Source: Phycisphaerales bacterium (lineage in GTDB: Bacteria > Planctomycetota > Phycisphaerae > WQYP01). From it: a stretch of DNA of 64,000 bases. The stretch covers positions 11,854 through 75,853 of the forward strand of contig JABEVB010000225.1 of NCBI GenBank assembly GCA_013044165.1, given 5' to 3'. This document shows positions 46,471-56,555 of this stretch, one piece after another. Position 1 is the stretch's first letter, and the number at the start of each line of letters is the position of its first letter. A program made the translations under genes and the position numbers. The notes under the pieces were generated by a model. That model searched no databases. It was not told where the DNA came from and worked only from the letters and a program-made list of their open reading frames with translations.

Positions 46471-48363
46471 CTACTGGGTCGGCGGCAGAAATTGATTGCT
46501 ATATACCACCGACGCTTGCGGCAACGCAGGCTGCTTGCCCGTAATTCGACCAATTGCCCACCGACATGCCAGACATACGCGAGACGGATCATTGTTAAGG
46601 TAATACGACCGCAATATCCCCAGTGCAGACTTCGATCCCATGCGGCCCAACGCCTCGGCCGACATAATTCGCACCGAGTCGAGTTCTGGGTCTAACAGCG
46701 AAAGATCATTAAGTCGCCCTTGTAATTGCTGCGCCAGGGCTGCGTTACTGTTTCCACGATTAATTTTTCCCAGAGCCCAGACGGCAGCAGCGCGGGCCGT
46801 ACCAGAATACGGCGAATGTTTCGGAATAAGCCGCATAAGCAGCGGCTGCGCCGGAGCATATCGCATCGCTCCAAAAAGCTGAAATAGCTGTGATAACTGC
46901 GAACCCAAATCGGTTTGGCGTTGAAGGCTTGCAGTCGTCGCATGCACTGACGTCGGCAACAAGGCCGAAGCCTTGGCCGTCGCCTGTGCGTACGCCAGCA
47001 GAGCCGGTAATGTCCCAACAAGCTGTAGCCTGCGAAATGCCACCGCGGCTCCAAGGCGCACCTGCAACGACGAATCGTGTCGCAGCACATCTAAAAGCCG
47101 AGACTGCAACGTCGTGAACTTCAACCTGCCGGCAACAAGCGCCGCCTGCCGCCGAGCCAGCGCATTGCCCCTTACAAGCACGCGCTCCACCGCCTGTCGT
47201 ACCCGCGGACGCAGGCTTCCTGTGCCGAGGGTGCTTAGCGCGTGGCGAGCATACCAGCGGACAAAGCGCCGCCGATCACCAAGCAGCGTACTGAGCGCCT
47301 CGACGCTCGGCTCATTTGCCTGCTGCAGAAACGCTTCAGCCGCAAGTCGCCGTAGAGCGCTGTCCGGGTTGTGCAGCAACGTGGGCGCGGCTTTGCCGGC
47401 GAGTGGGCTATGGGCACGGAGCAACCCCTGCATTGCCAGCGAGGCTAACGCCGCATTGGCTGAGCCTGCCCAAACCGCCAGGTCATTTAGCGTCCCGGGC
47501 CGCGAACTCTCGACCAGCGCTGTCACCGCCAGCAGAGCATTGCCGACCGCAACATCATTCACTCGCACCGTGCCCAGCGCCTGCACACCGGCCAATCCAA
47601 GAACATGAGCTGCAATGGCCGACATACCCGTGGCATGCAGCGCATAAAGGCTCTGCAGTGCGGCCAGTCGCACCTGCAGGTTACGCCGCTTCGCCAGCGC
47701 CACCTGCCGCAGCGCTGTAATCGCCTGTTTGTCGCCAAGTTTGCCCAGCGCCTTTACCGCCGACAATCTGACGACGCTATTGGTTAGAGTCCCATTTACG
47801 CGGGCCAACCATAGCGGCAGCGCCGATTGAAAGTGCCAGCGGGCCAGCGCGGCATCGCATAGCAGGGCCATGTGCCAATCGCCATGGCTATCAGCCCTTA
47901 AGAGTGTCCCGGCTGCAGAAGAGTCATTCATGGCAACAATCGCATGAGCCGCCGCTCGCCGGAGCACTGCGTCCGCCTTTTTGTTCTGGATGATGGCGAC
48001 AAGTTGCGGCATGAACTGCCCCAAGCCCGGCATGCCCGCACGGGCAGATTCAGTCAGGGCCTGGCATGTGCGACAACGCGTCAACGAATCAGGTTGCTGC
48101 AAAGCCAGCCGCCAGTTTGCCTGTGCGCTTACGTTATACTTTTGGGCGGGCCTGAGGTTTGGCAATGCCGGATCGCGCCACATGATATTGCCAAAACCTC
48201 GGTCAACGGGAGTAAACCCCGGCAGCGATGGCGGCCCAGACGGCGCAGCAAATGCCCGACCCGCAGCCAGCAGCAGCCACATTGCCAAGCCAATGCCACC
48301 GAGTCGCCACGAGGCTCGCCGCTGCGGCAACATCTCTTTGCAGTCTTTTCTTGTAAACACCAT
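46471..48363 (-). CDS. exported HEAT-repeat protein
   Basis: Signal peptide, possibly Tat-like (QRRASWRLGGIGLAMWLLLAAGRAFA). Many HEAT/PBS-lyase-type repeats (VRLAALQSL, LRRAAAHAIVAM, VRWYARHALSTLG, ARAAAVWALGKI). Alternative ATG at 48333. Confidence 0.7.
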   Translation of the reverse strand: MVFTRKDCKEMLPQRRASWRLGGIGLAMWLLLAAGRAFAAPSGPPSLPGFTPVDRGFGNIMWRDPALPNLRPAQKYNVSAQANWRLALQQPDSLTRCRTCQALTESARAGMPGLGQFMPQLVAIIQNKKADAVLRRAAAHAIVAMNDSSAAGTLLRADSHGDWHMALLCDAALARWHFQSALPLWLARVNGTLTNSVVRLSAVKALGKLGDKQAITALRQVALAKRRNLQVRLAALQSLYALHATGMSAIAAHVLGLAGVQALGTVRVNDVAVGNALLAVTALVESSRPGTLNDLAVWAGSANAALASLAMQGLLRAHSPLAGKAAPTLLHNPDSALRRLAAEAFLQQANEPSVEALSTLLGDRRRFVRWYARHALSTLGTGSLRPRVRQAVERVLVRGNALARRQAALVAGRLKFTTLQSRLLDVLRHDSSLQVRLGAAVAFRRLQLVGTLPALLAYAQATAKASALLPTSVHATTASLQRQTDLGSQLSQLFQLFGAMRYAPAQPLLMRLIPKHSPYSGTARAAAVWALGKINRGNSNAALAQQLQGRLNDLSLLDPELDSVRIMSAEALGRMGSKSALGILRSYYLNNDPSRVCLACRWAIGRITGKQPALPQASVVYSNQFLPPTQ

Positions 48364-48447
48364 CAAAACATCACCAAAACTTCATCAACTGCCGCCCATT
48401 GACTGGCTGTCTGTTCCACCAGCCACTGCCGCAATGTTTTCGCGCTT

Positions 48448-50112
48448 CTACTGCGGCTTGGTTAAGCGCCAGACACACACAACCATCACGCCAACCGCCA
48501 AAGCCCCTGCCACGGCCATGATGTACCAGTTGGCCGGTATCAACTGGTATGGCGTAAACCCGGGAGCACCAATCGCCGCAAGGGTAGCCGCCAGCGGATT
48601 TATCAGCAGTGCAGCCCGGACGGCCTGAAACCCAAACAGGGTGCCGCGTCCCTGCCAGATGCCCAACGTGCCCACACATACCAATAGCAGCACACCATAT
48701 GCTGTGCCGGTGGAGGTGGCAGCCTTACGAAACATGGCGCTGATGGCACTGGCGGTGAGCAACGCAAACAAAGCGGTCACCGCCAGCGCGGTGAGCACCC
48801 GCCCCACACGCGCCGCCTCGGAGGTGTCTATCACAAGCATCGCCAGATAACCGGGCACAGTAGCCAGCAGCAACAAAAACAATGTCCAGAGCGACGAAAG
48901 TATCTTGCCCGTTACAATGCGCCTGGCGCTAAGCGGCGTCATCTGCAGCAACTGCCACGATCCTGATTCCACTTCCGAGCTGATAAGCCCGCCCGCGAGT
49001 CCGGGCGTTATCAGTAGAATAAGCGCCACCTGCAGCAATACCAGAATCATTCCCATCACATGGCTGCCGGCGCTGGCCGCGCCGTACGCCGCGGCCAGCA
49101 TAAGTCCCAGCGACACCACGAGGCACAACCCCACGAGGCGCATAAGCCAATGTGATCGTCCGAACCGCGAAGTGCGCAGTTCCTTAACAAAAACCGGGTT
49201 GGCCAGTGGCCCTGTCAGGCGGCTGCGACGCTGCGGATCAAAAAACCATAAGTACATCACACGCCGAAAAAACCGCACACCACCCGAGCGATCATCGGTT
49301 ATTTTTCCTGCCGCCCGAGGTTGATCAAACAGCCGCTGCCCCAGCCGACGAATGGTAAGCAGACTGAACAGCAGCGTGACGCAAAGCGAAATCACAAGGA
49401 ATGCTACGGTATGAGAAGTTGTGAGAGTGCCGGCATTGGTCAGTACACTTTGCCCCAGCACGCCGGCCATAGTGGCCAGCGGCGACATGGCGCCAACCCA
49501 GTCGCCTGCGGTGGCCAAACTTGTGAACATGCTGCCCTGCGTAAACTCCGCCGGCACCATGGTAAGCACCGCCAGCACAAACACCGCCGCATAAGCCAGC
49601 CGCAGGGCGCCATCTACCCGCCTGGCTCGCAAACTCATATACAATGCAATGGCACAATATTGAATCGAGGCCGCTATCAGGATGAGATAGACCGGCACTA
49701 TTTCGCCGGTGAGGCTCACGCCGCCCATCACATAACATGCCGCAGCAGCCGGCAGGCTCAGCACCACCAGCATCAGCACAAAACCCACCGCGCCCAGCAG
49801 CTTTCCACCAAAGATGGCACGCGGCGTAAGCGGCGAATTAAGCAGCAAGGCCAGCGTGCCGGCCTGCTTTTCGCGTACCAGAGACACCGCTGGAAATGCC
49901 GGGGCTATCACAATGGCCCCCAACAGCAGCGCGTAGCTGAACAGCCGAAACACCTGCTGCGACTGCGCCCCCGTCAGGCTTACGTTACCCCCATGAGGCC
50001 AAGCCAGCACCACTGCTGCCGCCAGCACAGAAGCAAAGATGACCTGCGCAGCCAGAGTGCGGCCGCGCCGCAGCATGCCGGTTAACTCGCGCTCTACGAC
50101 CGGATTATTCAT
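48448..50112 (-). CDS. ABC-2 type permease with internal tandem duplication (two fused permease modules)
   Basis: About 12 TM segments. NPVVERELTGMLRRGRT...REKQAGTLALLLNSPLTPRAIFGGKLLG recurs as NPVFVKELRTSRFGRS...SEVESGSWQLLQMTPLSARRIVTGKILS. 4-nt overlap with the ATPase gene. Confidence 0.75.
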   Translation of the reverse strand: MNNPVVERELTGMLRRGRTLAAQVIFASVLAAAVVLAWPHGGNVSLTGAQSQQVFRLFSYALLLGAIVIAPAFPAVSLVREKQAGTLALLLNSPLTPRAIFGGKLLGAVGFVLMLVVLSLPAAAACYVMGGVSLTGEIVPVYLILIAASIQYCAIALYMSLRARRVDGALRLAYAAVFVLAVLTMVPAEFTQGSMFTSLATAGDWVGAMSPLATMAGVLGQSVLTNAGTLTTSHTVAFLVISLCVTLLFSLLTIRRLGQRLFDQPRAAGKITDDRSGGVRFFRRVMYLWFFDPQRRSRLTGPLANPVFVKELRTSRFGRSHWLMRLVGLCLVVSLGLMLAAAYGAASAGSHVMGMILVLLQVALILLITPGLAGGLISSEVESGSWQLLQMTPLSARRIVTGKILSSLWTLFLLLLATVPGYLAMLVIDTSEAARVGRVLTALAVTALFALLTASAISAMFRKAATSTGTAYGVLLLVCVGTLGIWQGRGTLFGFQAVRAALLINPLAATLAAIGAPGFTPYQLIPANWYIMAVAGALAVGVMVVCVWRLTKPQ

Positions 50113-51128
50113 GAAACAGCCCCCCCGGCCGCAGGCGCGGGAACATCGGCCGCCAGGCGATCCTGCTCGGCGGCGGCCCGCGTAACCGATAGAAACGCGT
50201 CCTCAAGGTCCTGCTGCACTTCCCTGAATTGCGTCACCATCACGCCGCGAGCGATAAGTTCCCGCAACACATGCGCCAATTCTTCATCTGCAAGCGTTGT
50301 GCTGAAGCGCAGCAGGCCTTCCACCTGCGAGGCTTCAACCGGCACACTGGTACCAAGCAGATCACTTAACCGCGCTGCCGCCGCTGCCGCATCAGCGGTT
50401 CCGGCCAACTGAACCTCAAAAAGTCGCTTTTGGCGCAAATCGTGCATGATGGTATCGAGGCTGCCAAAGGCCCGCAGTTTGCCACCTGTGATAATCGCCA
50501 CGACGTTACAAATGCGCGAAAGCTCCGGCAGAATATGGCTCGTGACAATAAGCGTTTTGCCCATGTCGGCGAGTTTAAGGAGAATTTGCCTCATTTCCAC
50601 GCGGGCGGTGGGGTCTAAACCGTTTGCCGGCTCGTCCAGAATGAGCACCGGCGGGTCGTGAAGCAATGTGCGGGCAATGCCGATGCGCTGCTTCATACCG
50701 TGGCTGAGGCTCTCAACAAATAAGTCCCGCATATGGGTAGCGCCCGTGGTTTCGAGCACCCAGTCTATGCGGGTGCGTCGCTGTTTACGCGGTATGGCAA
50801 ATGCCGCTCCAAAAAAATCGAGATATTCCTGTACGCGCATGTTGTCGTATGCGCCAAAGGTATCGGGCATATAACCGACCAGCCTTTTAATCTTTTTTGA
50901 TTCAGTAGTGCAGTTACAGCCCACAATGTAGGCCTCACCCGCCGTGGGTTTGGCCAGCCCCACTAAAATCTTGATGGTGGTGGTTTTGCCCGCGCCGTTT
51001 GGACCGATGAACCCGAGTATTTGCCCTTTGAGCAGTTCGATCGAGAGTTTATCCAGCGCGGTAAACGCACCGTATTTTTTCGTAAGATCAGTGGCTTTGA
51101 CGACGGGCAGGTCAGGGGCTTGTGTCAT
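50109..51128 (-). CDS. ABC transporter ATP-binding protein
   Basis: Walker A GPNGAGKTTTIK, signature LSHGMKQRIGIA, Walker B VLILDEPANGLD. Start moved to the ATG at 51128 after GGAGAA. Confidence 0.9.
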   Translation of the reverse strand: MTQAPDLPVVKATDLTKKYGAFTALDKLSIELLKGQILGFIGPNGAGKTTTIKILVGLAKPTAGEAYIVGCNCTTESKKIKRLVGYMPDTFGAYDNMRVQEYLDFFGAAFAIPRKQRRTRIDWVLETTGATHMRDLFVESLSHGMKQRIGIARTLLHDPPVLILDEPANGLDPTARVEMRQILLKLADMGKTLIVTSHILPELSRICNVVAIITGGKLRAFGSLDTIMHDLRQKRLFEVQLAGTADAAAAAARLSDLLGTSVPVEASQVEGLLRFSTTLADEELAHVLRELIARGVMVTQFREVQQDLEDAFLSVTRAAAEQDRLAADVPAPAAGGAVS

Positions 51129-51180
51129 GAGTTTCTCCAACATTCCCGCGGGCGGCGATGGTCCGCCTGGCCTGCGGGGA

Positions 51181-53559
51181 CTAATTCGACTGCAGGGTAC
51201 GGCCGGCCACACTTAGCCGAACCGTCTTGATCCCCCAGGCATGGGCTATGTCCAACCCGCCCCCCACCCTGATCTGAACCCAAACGCCTCCACCGGCGTC
51301 GGGCGCAACTTGTCCGGCACCGCCGTGCAGAGCCATGCGACCCACCACGCCCACCCGCCGAATCACGACCGCCGGCTTGCCCTCGCTAAACAACGCCAGG
51401 CGAACAGGACGCCCCGATGCCACTATGTCCAATGTAACGTTTACGCTCGTCAATCGAATGGGCAGTATTTGCCGTGGCAGTTGGAACCGCACAAAAACAT
51501 CCGCCGGCATACTTAGATGCCCAATCCATTTGTGGTTCCGCTGATCGAACACGAGCGCGGGCGACCGCTGCCCGGGCCCCGCAGCGAGCGTGTAATGCAG
51601 CAGAGGCCACGGCACCACCACGTTGGTGTTGGCCGGCGTGTGATGAATACGCAGCGGAAGTTCCACCAGCGATTGCGAAAGGTTTCTATCCAGCCCGGCC
51701 AGTCGTATCGGTGAAGCCACGCGCGACGACCACGCCAACAACGTCGGACGTGCATAATGTTCATGACGCGTAAGTGCCCGCAGCACATCGGATCGCCATC
51801 GGTCCTGTTGGCTAAGGACCGCCGTCACGACAAATTGCCCACTGGGTAAAATCTGCCCTGGCCCGACCGCCAATAGCGAAGGGCTTTTTCGCACCGTCCG
51901 AAGCGCACCTGATGGCCCCACAATTACCCTATTGCTTAGTGCCGCGGCGGTACGAGGCCAAGTTAACTCAAGCCCATCAGGCCCATAGACGGCTGAGACG
52001 CGCTGTGGCACTTTAACGGCAAGAATGCCGCGATATTGGCCACCCAAGAGCGATCCAGAGGGCAACATCAATCCGCGGCTATGCCACTGGTTGTAATCGG
52101 TCCATATAAGGCGTGTAACATTATGCCGCTGACCTGTCATGTCCATCGTCAGCATGCCCCCAACGCTCGAGCGTATGGCCGCGGGCCGGCTATGCGGGCT
52201 AAGTGCGGCAATCGCCACATGAGCGATTACGGCATGGTCTTCGCCGGTTGCCTGAAAGAACCCCACCGTCGAAACGGTCGCCGGCACGCCCTGGCGCTGG
52301 GCCAACCCCAGCACCACAAGCAGCGCCGCCACCCCCACGGCGCCACCGCCGGCAAGCCATACTATTTTCTCAAGACGATTGCGGCGGTGCAGCCAAACGC
52401 CAGCCACGAGCAGCCCCACACAGAATAAGCCCAGAATAACCGCCACCGTACGACGGCGCATTACGCGGTACCCAATTTGCGCCCGGGCAAATTGTTTCAT
52501 GGCCGCAGCCACCGATTGATGATGCTGGACCAACCGGCTTCTCTCATGATAGAAACGCTGCAGAGCAGGCCACAGCACGTCGCTCGCCTTGCCGTTAGCA
52601 TTTAACAAGCCATCGCCATCCAGCGAACAGACCAGGACTCTACCACGCCCAAAACGCTCCTGCAGCACCGCCGGCCAGCCATTTACCGTCATCAGCGTGT
52701 GCATACCATTTGGGATCAGCTCAACCATTCGCACCGCGCGATGAAGTACTACGACATGATTGAGATGCGTCGCCACAAAATGCAGCCTCGCGGAGAGGGT
52801 ACGGCCCGCAACAACCGCACGCCAACCGCGCCCCAACAGCCGCCGGCAGAAAACTTGCGGCACACGCGCAGCCTGCAACCAGAGGCGACCACCGCCAAGT
52901 ACCCAGCGCCGCAGGGCCTGCATTTGCAAACTGGAAAGCTTGGACGGCGACGCTCCTATTACAACAGCTTTTACACCATCCCAGCCCTGGGCCACCGGCG
53001 GGAGATTATTGGCCGAGGCATACACCGCCCCACCCTTAAGCCCCTGTTCGGCAAGCATAGCCGACACCAAAGCCGGGGTCTGATTGTCGGTCGCACCAGC
53101 AATGACGACCGTCGGCTGGGAATTTTTTTCCACCATCAGCAGCCCGACTTGTCGCGAATAGACAACTTCACGCCCGGCTTGGCGGCCCAGCAGCAAGGTA
53201 TGAGCGCCCACACTTTGGGCGCGGCGGTTTATATGCGAGAGTTCACACGGCACCCAGACGCGCCTCGAACAGTGGGCAGGCACCCATACCCAAGCACCAA
53301 ACTGGCGGTTGGGCGACGCGTCAAAGCTGCTTACAACCAGAAAACGTTGCGCCGATTTTGTGGGGTTAGATACCACACTTGAACACAGCGTCCAACGCCC
53401 CTGTTTGACACCGATCATGCGAGCCGTCGTCCCGCTTGCCCTCGGCAGAGCCGCCCATGCGTTTGGTTGCGGCATTTGCCAAAACAAGACCGCCAACACC
53501 AACGATATCATCCACCGCGGAGAATTTTGTACACATGGGCTTTGCCGGCGTCTGAGCAT
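51181..53559 (-). CDS. large membrane protein, GldG/ABC-auxiliary-like N-terminal domain; function unknown
   Basis: Signal peptide. VVIAGATDN...KAVVIGASPSKLSSLQMQALRRWVLGGGRLWL resembles ABC_transp_aux/GATase-like modules. Two central TM segments and a roughly 400-aa C-terminal domain with no motif I recognise. Start moved to the ATG at 53559. Confidence 0.5.
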   Translation of the reverse strand: MLRRRQSPCVQNSPRWMISLVLAVLFWQMPQPNAWAALPRASGTTARMIGVKQGRWTLCSSVVSNPTKSAQRFLVVSSFDASPNRQFGAWVWVPAHCSRRVWVPCELSHINRRAQSVGAHTLLLGRQAGREVVYSRQVGLLMVEKNSQPTVVIAGATDNQTPALVSAMLAEQGLKGGAVYASANNLPPVAQGWDGVKAVVIGASPSKLSSLQMQALRRWVLGGGRLWLQAARVPQVFCRRLLGRGWRAVVAGRTLSARLHFVATHLNHVVVLHRAVRMVELIPNGMHTLMTVNGWPAVLQERFGRGRVLVCSLDGDGLLNANGKASDVLWPALQRFYHERSRLVQHHQSVAAAMKQFARAQIGYRVMRRRTVAVILGLFCVGLLVAGVWLHRRNRLEKIVWLAGGGAVGVAALLVVLGLAQRQGVPATVSTVGFFQATGEDHAVIAHVAIAALSPHSRPAAIRSSVGGMLTMDMTGQRHNVTRLIWTDYNQWHSRGLMLPSGSLLGGQYRGILAVKVPQRVSAVYGPDGLELTWPRTAAALSNRVIVGPSGALRTVRKSPSLLAVGPGQILPSGQFVVTAVLSQQDRWRSDVLRALTRHEHYARPTLLAWSSRVASPIRLAGLDRNLSQSLVELPLRIHHTPANTNVVVPWPLLHYTLAAGPGQRSPALVFDQRNHKWIGHLSMPADVFVRFQLPRQILPIRLTSVNVTLDIVASGRPVRLALFSEGKPAVVIRRVGVVGRMALHGGAGQVAPDAGGGVWVQIRVGGGLDIAHAWGIKTVRLSVAGRTLQSN

Positions 53560-53724
53560 TTTACGATCCGATATATTGCGCTGCTTGCCACATGCCCGGA
53601 TGACATCAACTCTTACCACCCGCCACCGGGTGGTTGAATAATAGTCGCCACCAGACAAACTGCAAGGCTTTTTTGGTTTATTGCTTGGGCACCGTAAGTA
53701 GTGTCTCCGCGCACCGGAAGTATG

Positions 53725-54735
53725 CTATAGCGGCAGCAACTCAAACAGTGCCGCCTCCGGCGGAGCAAACATGCGAAATGGCGCGGTATAGCCTAACCCA
53801 CAGCTCACATACATGATGCGGTCTTCCCGGCCAATGGCCAGCAAGCTCGCAGGGCGCTGCTCATCGCGGTGGATGCTCAACGCCGAAACGTCGCCGCCGA
53901 CCGCGGCAAGCTTAAACATGCCGCTGAGCCAATTCCGATGCTGCATCGGCACATACATCGGCCCCAGCAGTGGAACATTAACCTGCCCACCATGGCTGTG
54001 GCCGCAAAGCATCCACTGCCATTGAAAATCGCGTAGCTGCGTCAGGGCATCAGGGTTATGCTCCAAACAAATGCCCACCGCGTCGGCCGGCAACTGCGCA
54101 AAGGCCGCTGCGGGGCTGAAACCCGGCGACCAAAAGTCGTCAATGCCCACCAGCCATAGTTCATCATCACCGCGTTTAATACAGATTGCCTGGTTGAGCA
54201 GCAATCGCACATGGCTTTGAGCCAACAGCGCACGAAGTCGCCTGTGAATGGTCCTGCGGGCCGAGCGGGCACCGGTATACCTGGAGGAGTATTCGTTGTA
54301 ATCGTGATTGCCTAATGTTGCCAGCACGCCGTCGGGGGCCTTCAACAACGGCAGAAGTTCAGCAAGCAGACCGGGCGAATGGGGATGGTAGTGAATTAGA
54401 TCGCCAGTCATCACAATCAGGTCCGGCTTAAGCGCCATGCACTGCTTAATCACACGTTTAAGGTACGTTTGCCGCGTGCGACCTGTGTGCAAATCGGTCA
54501 AGTGCAAAATGCGGTATCCGCGAAAGGCCTCACCAATTCCGCGCAATGGCATGGTGTACCGCTTAATTTGGCATCTATACGGTGCCACCAACCGCGGCCA
54601 CACCAGTGCCGTCAGCGCGACCGCACCAGCGCCTCGCACGAGCGATCGCACCCAGCGACGGTGCAGCATGGCACGCTCCAGCGGACGGTGTCGCATGGCG
54701 GCGGCGATGGCAGGTTGCGGACGAAAGTCATTCAT
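53725..54735 (-). CDS. calcineurin-like metallophosphoesterase (YaeI-type)
   Basis: ILHLTDLHTG, MTGDLIHY, LGNHDYNE, LCGHSHGGQV. Confidence 0.85.
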   Translation of the reverse strand: MNDFRPQPAIAAAMRHRPLERAMLHRRWVRSLVRGAGAVALTALVWPRLVAPYRCQIKRYTMPLRGIGEAFRGYRILHLTDLHTGRTRQTYLKRVIKQCMALKPDLIVMTGDLIHYHPHSPGLLAELLPLLKAPDGVLATLGNHDYNEYSSRYTGARSARRTIHRRLRALLAQSHVRLLLNQAICIKRGDDELWLVGIDDFWSPGFSPAAAFAQLPADAVGICLEHNPDALTQLRDFQWQWMLCGHSHGGQVNVPLLGPMYVPMQHRNWLSGMFKLAAVGGDVSALSIHRDEQRPASLLAIGREDRIMYVSCGLGYTAPFRMFAPPEAALFELLPL

Positions 54736-54740
54736 GCTTT

Positions 54741-55910
54741 TTAATGGTCGCTAAGTTTTGGATCCCAGGCAGGCATGATAACCACCGAGCGCACCGGTGA
54801 GCCGTTGCGATAGCGTGGGATAAAAGTATCGAGCAGCATCGCCAGACGTGATGCCGTATCCACCGATTTATGCCCACTGGATCGCAGAATGGTAGCCGAA
54901 ACAACTCGGCCATCTTTGCCAATTACCAGACGCACAATTGGCGGCGTGGGCATTGATATCTGGTACTTCAACGAAAGCATAGGCATATGCCAGTCTTTCA
55001 TGACAGGGCTGGGCGTATTGGCCGCGGAGGCCCCCCGCCCGCGTGCCCATCCATGCACATGCCCGCCCCCCAGATAGGCCACGCCCGGCTTGAGCAGTCC
55101 TTGCGGATGGTACACCGGTTGCGAATCATCGTTACTGGATGCTGCGCCGGAAGCTCCGCCTTGAATGATTCGAACCTTGTCGCCCTTGGCGTAAACACCC
55201 GGTGTTGGAGCGGGCCTGAGCTGTACCCGATGAGGCGGTGCTGCGGGAATTTTTGGTGCAGCGAAGGCGGGAGTCGAAAGCGGTATCGGCAGCAGCGGTG
55301 GCGCGGTGGCCGCGGTCAGCGACTCATTAAGCTCTTTTTGAGCGGCATGAGCGCGGCTGGCAAGCGTAGCATTGGGCAGGCCTGGCGGCTTGGGCATGTG
55401 AGACGGGGCTTTGGCAACCGAACGAACGGTTTGCGGATGCACAAAACCCGTTGGTCCTTGAATGCCGCCAATGGCGGTCGCGCGATCATCCGCCGCCACC
55501 GAGGCCGATACCCCTTGCCAAGGAAGAAGCTTTGGCCGATAGTGCCACAGCATATACAGGCCGACGACCATGGTCGCCTCAATTAACAGGGCCAGAAACA
55601 CAGCCAAAAGCGAACTGATTGGCACAACGCCGCCGGGGCGAAGCACAAATATTTTTCGAGTTTCGCTGGTCTCGGCAAGTTCGTCAAAATCTTGCGTAGA
55701 AAGTTCGGTGTTTCTTGGCACCCACGGGTCTACCAGCTCGGCACGCGGCCCCAAGACAGAACCATCGTCGGGTGAGTTTTGATTTAGGTCGTTGGATGCC
55801 GAATAAGTCGCTTCGGTGGAACCCATTGGCTCGGTAGCGGCCGTGCGGGCAGCGCCGGCGACTTCGGCAGCAGGCAATGGACTGGTTCTGAAACGGTCTG
55901 AAATCATCAC
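54741..55910 (-). CDS. TonB C-terminal-domain protein with proline-rich spacer
   Basis: One TM (ISSLLAVFLALLIEATMVVGLYML). Pro-rich middle region. C-terminal IVRLVIGKDGRVVSATILRSSGHKSVDTASRLAML... is TonB_C-like. Confidence 0.55.
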   Translation of the reverse strand: MMISDRFRTSPLPAAEVAGAARTAATEPMGSTEATYSASNDLNQNSPDDGSVLGPRAELVDPWVPRNTELSTQDFDELAETSETRKIFVLRPGGVVPISSLLAVFLALLIEATMVVGLYMLWHYRPKLLPWQGVSASVAADDRATAIGGIQGPTGFVHPQTVRSVAKAPSHMPKPPGLPNATLASRAHAAQKELNESLTAATAPPLLPIPLSTPAFAAPKIPAAPPHRVQLRPAPTPGVYAKGDKVRIIQGGASGAASSNDDSQPVYHPQGLLKPGVAYLGGGHVHGWARGRGASAANTPSPVMKDWHMPMLSLKYQISMPTPPIVRLVIGKDGRVVSATILRSSGHKSVDTASRLAMLLDTFIPRYRNGSPVRSVVIMPAWDPKLSDH

Positions 55911-55980
55911 GCCATCTCAACCACTTGCTCTACAAGGCCCAGCGGCCGTAAACCGGATCTTGGCGAGCGCCCAGCCACCG

Positions 55981-56460
55981 TCAGATGATCTTCACTATCT
56001 CATAACGCCGCTCGCCACGCGGCAGGCTGACGCGTACGATTTGCCCCACGCGGGCACGCATGAGCGCTTCGCCCAATGGGCTACGAGCCGATACGTCCAT
56101 GATGTCACTGTCGGCGTCGAAGGCGCTCTTGCCCACCTCACCCACAAGGTGAAATGTTTCTTTTTGGCCGGTTTTGACATCACGCACCTCGACGGTGCTG
56201 CCCAAAAAAACCATACCTTCAGGTATATCCGCCGGGTCCACAACGGAGGCTGCTCGCAGCCGCAACTCCAGGTCCTTGATGCGGGCCTCGAGCAACGACA
56301 TTTCTTCGCGTGCGGCATGGTAGTCGGCATTTTCGCGCAGATCACCCTTTTCCCGAGCCTCCGCAATGCGCGCGGCGATTTGCGGGCGCATGCCAATCAT
56401 GTCTTTTAGTTGCTGATCAAGCTTGGCCTTTTCTTCTTTGGTTAATAGTTGTACTTCCAT
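55981..56460 (-). CDS. greA: transcription elongation factor GreA
   Basis: GDLRENADYHAAREE, coiled-coil N-terminal domain, C-terminal ISARSPLGEALMRARVGQIV. Start moved to the ATG at 56460. Confidence 0.92.
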   Translation of the reverse strand: MEVQLLTKEEKAKLDQQLKDMIGMRPQIAARIAEAREKGDLRENADYHAAREEMSLLEARIKDLELRLRAASVVDPADIPEGMVFLGSTVEVRDVKTGQKETFHLVGEVGKSAFDADSDIMDVSARSPLGEALMRARVGQIVRVSLPRGERRYEIVKII

Positions 56461-56555
56461 TGACGCTTTATACCTCTGTATAAAATTCGCATTGCGATAA
56501 CACACGACGGTCTGCCTCGTTGCCACAGACTGCCACCGGTGAAAACCTCTTATTT

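Noticed and set aside
53615-53634. GC-rich hairpin ACCACCCG-CCAC-CGGGTGGT between the phosphoesterase gene and the 792-aa membrane-protein gene.
   Set aside because: The stem is real (8 bp), but no U tract follows it on the transcribed (minus) strand, so I do not call it an intrinsic terminator. It could be an RNA stability or processing element, but I cannot support that from sequence alone.
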